From Eledone cirrhosa (Eukaryota), in assembly GCA_964016885.1 (NCBI GenBank), contig CAXHJY010001150.1:1-64000 (forward strand): a stretch of 64,000 nt of DNA, in the 5' to 3' direction. A program made the translations under genes and the position numbers. The notes under the pieces are model-generated. The model ran no database searches and was not told where the DNA came from. It saw nothing but the letters and a program-made list of their open reading frames with translations. Positions 60,412-64,000 of this stretch are shown in pieces (position 1 is the first letter of the stretch; every line of letters starts with the position of its first letter).

Positions 60412-61295
60412 TACTAGTAGTGGTATCCGGCGTTGCACGGGATAAGGTATTTTGGAACGCGGGCCGCCAACAGACCTAATCGTGGAAAAACTGACAATAT
60501 GTAAAGAAAATAAACCGAATACTCTGATGGCTGGATAATCTTTAAGATTTTCCTCGATGAAGCAGGAAAAATGCAGGTTTTTCACCTAATGCGGCCCTAG
60601 GGGATCAAGAAAATGAATTTTTTTTATGTGCATAATATGCCTTGAAATTTAGGGAAAATCGGCTAGACGTAACGCCTCCAAAAAGCCTTAAGAAGCTGAA
60701 AAAATGAAGTTTTTCACCTAATGTGGGCCCTAGACCATAAGAAAGTTGGATTTCCTTTGCTCACGATATGAAGAAGAGACTAACTAATACATAGTTACAA
60801 TTTCAAGGAAATCGGTTTCACGTAACGCTTCAAAAAACTCATAAAAATCTTTAAAAACGGACTTTTTCACCTAATGCGAGCCCTATGAGATAAAAAAAAG
60901 TTGAATGTAAATTTTGAAAAAAATCGGTTGGGTACTTCTCGAGTTTTAGGGATTCAAACTCACAACCACACACACACACACACACACACACATCCTCAGG
61001 GAAGTGACGTAATGCAGACAGACATACAGACAGATATTATAAGGGCGCGACTTTATATGTATGTATCTATCTAAAAAACGAAAGCCTAAGAATTATAGAG
61101 CGAGATCGCTAAATCGCCTAATGCGGTCCCTATGGCATTGAAAATTTGAAATTATTTTTGCTCAGCACACTCCCTGAAATATAAGTATTACATGCGTAAT
61201 GTTTGAAAACAGTCGGTTTGGTGGTTCTCGAGTTTTAGGGATTCGAACTCACACACACACAGACAGATATCCTCAGTTTTATATATATAGACTAG
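60412..61295 (+). mobile_element. Helitron/Helentron-like non-autonomous unit(s)
   Basis: Starts TACTAGTAGTGGTATCCGGCGTTGCACGGG; ends CAGACAGATATCCTCAGTTTTATATATATAGA; internal repeats TTTTTCACCTAATG(C/T)G. Classification is by recalled terminal style only. Confidence 0.5.
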
Positions 61296-61329
61296 CAGAA
61301 AACCACCCGGTGGGCGGTTTGGTTTTCTG

Positions 61330-61792
61330 CTAGTCTATATATCTAAAACAGAGAATGTCTGTCTGTCAGCTCACTAAAACTTGAGAACCATCCAACCGAT
61401 TGTTTTCAAACTTTAGACATGTAATACTTATGGTCCTGTGAGTGTTTTGAGCAAAAATTATTTCAAATTTTCAATGCCCTAGGGACCGCATTAGGCGATT
61501 TAACGTTCTCTCTATATAATTCTTAGTCTTTCTTTTTAGATAGATACATAGATATAACGTTGCGCCCTTATAATTGTTTCTACTTTAGGCACAAGGCCAG
61601 CAATTACCCAGTGCATTACTGGTACTTTATTTTATCGACCCCGTAAGGATGAAAGTCAAAGTCAACCTCGGCGGGATTTGAACTCAGATCGTAAAGGGAC
61701 GTAACTATGCTGCAAAGCATGGCGTCCGACCCTCTACCGATACTGCCAATCCATAATATCTGTCTGTATGTCTGGCTGTCTGCATTACGTCA
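61330..61792 (-). mobile_element. Inverted, diverged second Helitron-like unit interrupted by a Nin SINE
   Basis: Reverse-complement similarity to 61005-61295; SINE 61575-61752 with ATAAT duplication. Confidence 0.65.
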
Positions 61793-62508
61793 TTATGACG
61801 CGCTCAGTGTGTGTGTGTATATATATATGTATCGTAATGCAGACAGCAAGACATAGCTTTCCTTCCCCTCTTCCAGCGTCTCTCTCTCTCCCTCCCGCTA
61901 TCCCCCTCTTGTAGTCTGTCTCTTTCTTTCACTCTCACTCTCTCTCTACGCTTCGGACAGACAGACAGAGAAATTGCTGGTTATATATTATAAGGAGATA
62001 ATATAAAATTAAATCAAATTTTTTAACACTACAAGTGAAGTCATTCTTTTCCTTTTTTTTCAAATATATATATATATATATATGTGTATATATATATGTG
62101 CGCGCGTGTGTGTGTGTTTGTATGAGAAAGAGGCTCATGAGTGATCAAAACTGCTAGGTATTCAGCAAAATCTCCCATCTAATGCTATGTACTTAGATAA
62201 ACGACGCCATATTTAACAACGTAGTCCCTGATATTGAGGAAGGAACACGTGATAATATGAATAGCAACATTTACTTATGTGGAGACGCCATACTTGTGGT
62301 AGAGTTGTGCTTACTGTATATATTGTGTATATATTGTGTATGTATGTATGTATGTATGTATGTATGTATGTATGTATGTATGTATGTATGTATGTATGTA
62401 TGTATGTATGTATGTATGTATGCATATGTATATGTATATATATGAGTGTATGTATGCATATGTATATATGTATGCATATATATATATATATGTATGCACA
62501 TGTATATA

Positions 62509-62609
<101 letters not shown>

Positions 62610-62708
62610 TTAATATAGAAATGACTTCTACAGGAGTAGAACTGTTTCATTCGGAGGAAATCATCAGGAAAGCCCTTACATTGGTTACCCACAATTGAAC
62701 CCGGGATA

Positions 62709-62886
<178 letters not shown>

Positions 62887-63148
62887 CATATATATACATA
62901 TCTATGTATACATTACATATATATATGTATATATGTATATAGATATATATATATATATATATACATACATACACACATACAAACACACATACACACACGT
63001 ATATGTATATATATAAGGGCCATAAACCCAACCCGGATTGAGTGAGAGAGAGGGAGAGAGAGAAAGAGTGTGAGAGTGAGACAGACACAGAGTGAGAGAG
63101 AGAGAGAGAGAGAGAAAGAGAGGAGAGAGCGAGAGAGAGAGAGAGAGG

Positions 63149-63193
<45 letters not shown>

Positions 63194-63266
63194 GAGAGAG
63201 AAAGTTCAGAGGTAGAGAAATCAGTTATGTGCCATGAATATACTGCATAGTTAGTTAATCACTGTT

Positions 63267-63430
63267 TAAGAGGTTTTGTGGGCGGAACCTATCTGTTTGA
63301 ATAGCCGAATAGACTCCGCCTTCTAGCCTGAGTCATGCGATTACTGATTAAGAGGTTTTGTGGGCGGAGCCTATCTGTTTGAATAGCCGAATAGACTCCG
63401 CCTTCTAGCCTGAGTCATGCGTTTACTGAT
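63267..63430. repeat. 82-bp tandem duplication
   Basis: TTAAGAGGTTTTGTGGGCGGA..CTGAGTCATGCG..TACTG twice. Confidence 0.9.
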
Positions 63431-63824
63431 TTGCTGTTGAAAATGTTCGACAGGGAAAATCTGATGATATGCTTTCAATCCTTTGTATGAAACGAGGTTA
63501 GAACCAACGAGGGACTTTGTATGGCAGTGATGTTCAACCCCTCCTTCTATCACCCCTCCACTATATTTGGCATATTGATATTTCGACATTAACCCACTTA
63601 CTACCAGGAAAGAAATATGCGCAGCATGGCTATGTGGTGGTACCTTGGGCGAGTGTCTTTTTCTTCTATAGTTTCGGGTTGACAAATGACTTGTGTTAGG
63701 AAATTGATAGAAAGAAATTGGAGAAGTCCACCGTACAGCCGAAGAGCGGGAATTGTCCTTCTCTTTGTGTTTCTCTTACATTTTCTAAACTATATTTATT
63801 AGTAACCACATAGCGCCTTTTAAT

Positions 63825-63872
<48 letters not shown>

Positions 63873-63952
63873 TATAGGGTGTCACAAAGCTATGCATTCT
63901 AATAAATATTCACTGTACAGGTAATCAAAGTGTGTATAGATATTTTGGGATA

Positions 63953-64000
<48 letters not shown>

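Overview
AT-rich eukaryotic DNA, most likely an octopod cephalopod intron or intergenic region. The organism is inferred from the Nin-type SINEs, a TTAA-flanked MITE and the extreme (TA)n content. No confident host coding gene is present, and nearly all ORFs in the track are microsatellite or satellite artefacts. The dominant hidden structure is a (TA)n scaffold into which dozens of short Penelope-like-element (PLE) derived modules from about 15 families have inserted. Many are asymmetric fold-back palindromes. At least 15 carry type I hammerhead ribozyme (HHR) cores (stem I-CUGANGA-stem II-GAAA-palindromic stem III-NUH-stem I'), and about 10 more carry decayed or half cores. Three 5'-truncated PLE coding remnants with a C-terminal GIY-YIG endonuclease link these modules to PLE machinery. 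Also present: two tandem Tx1-clade LINE fragments in (TAGA)n, RTE and CRE fragments, Nin-domain SINEs, a piggyBac-type MITE, a long-TIR element, Helitron-like units, a 5.1-kb 30-bp satellite with a 2176-bp higher-order repeat, and a possible first exon of a minus-strand host gene near 46.5 kb. All folds were read by eye; no computation or database search was run.
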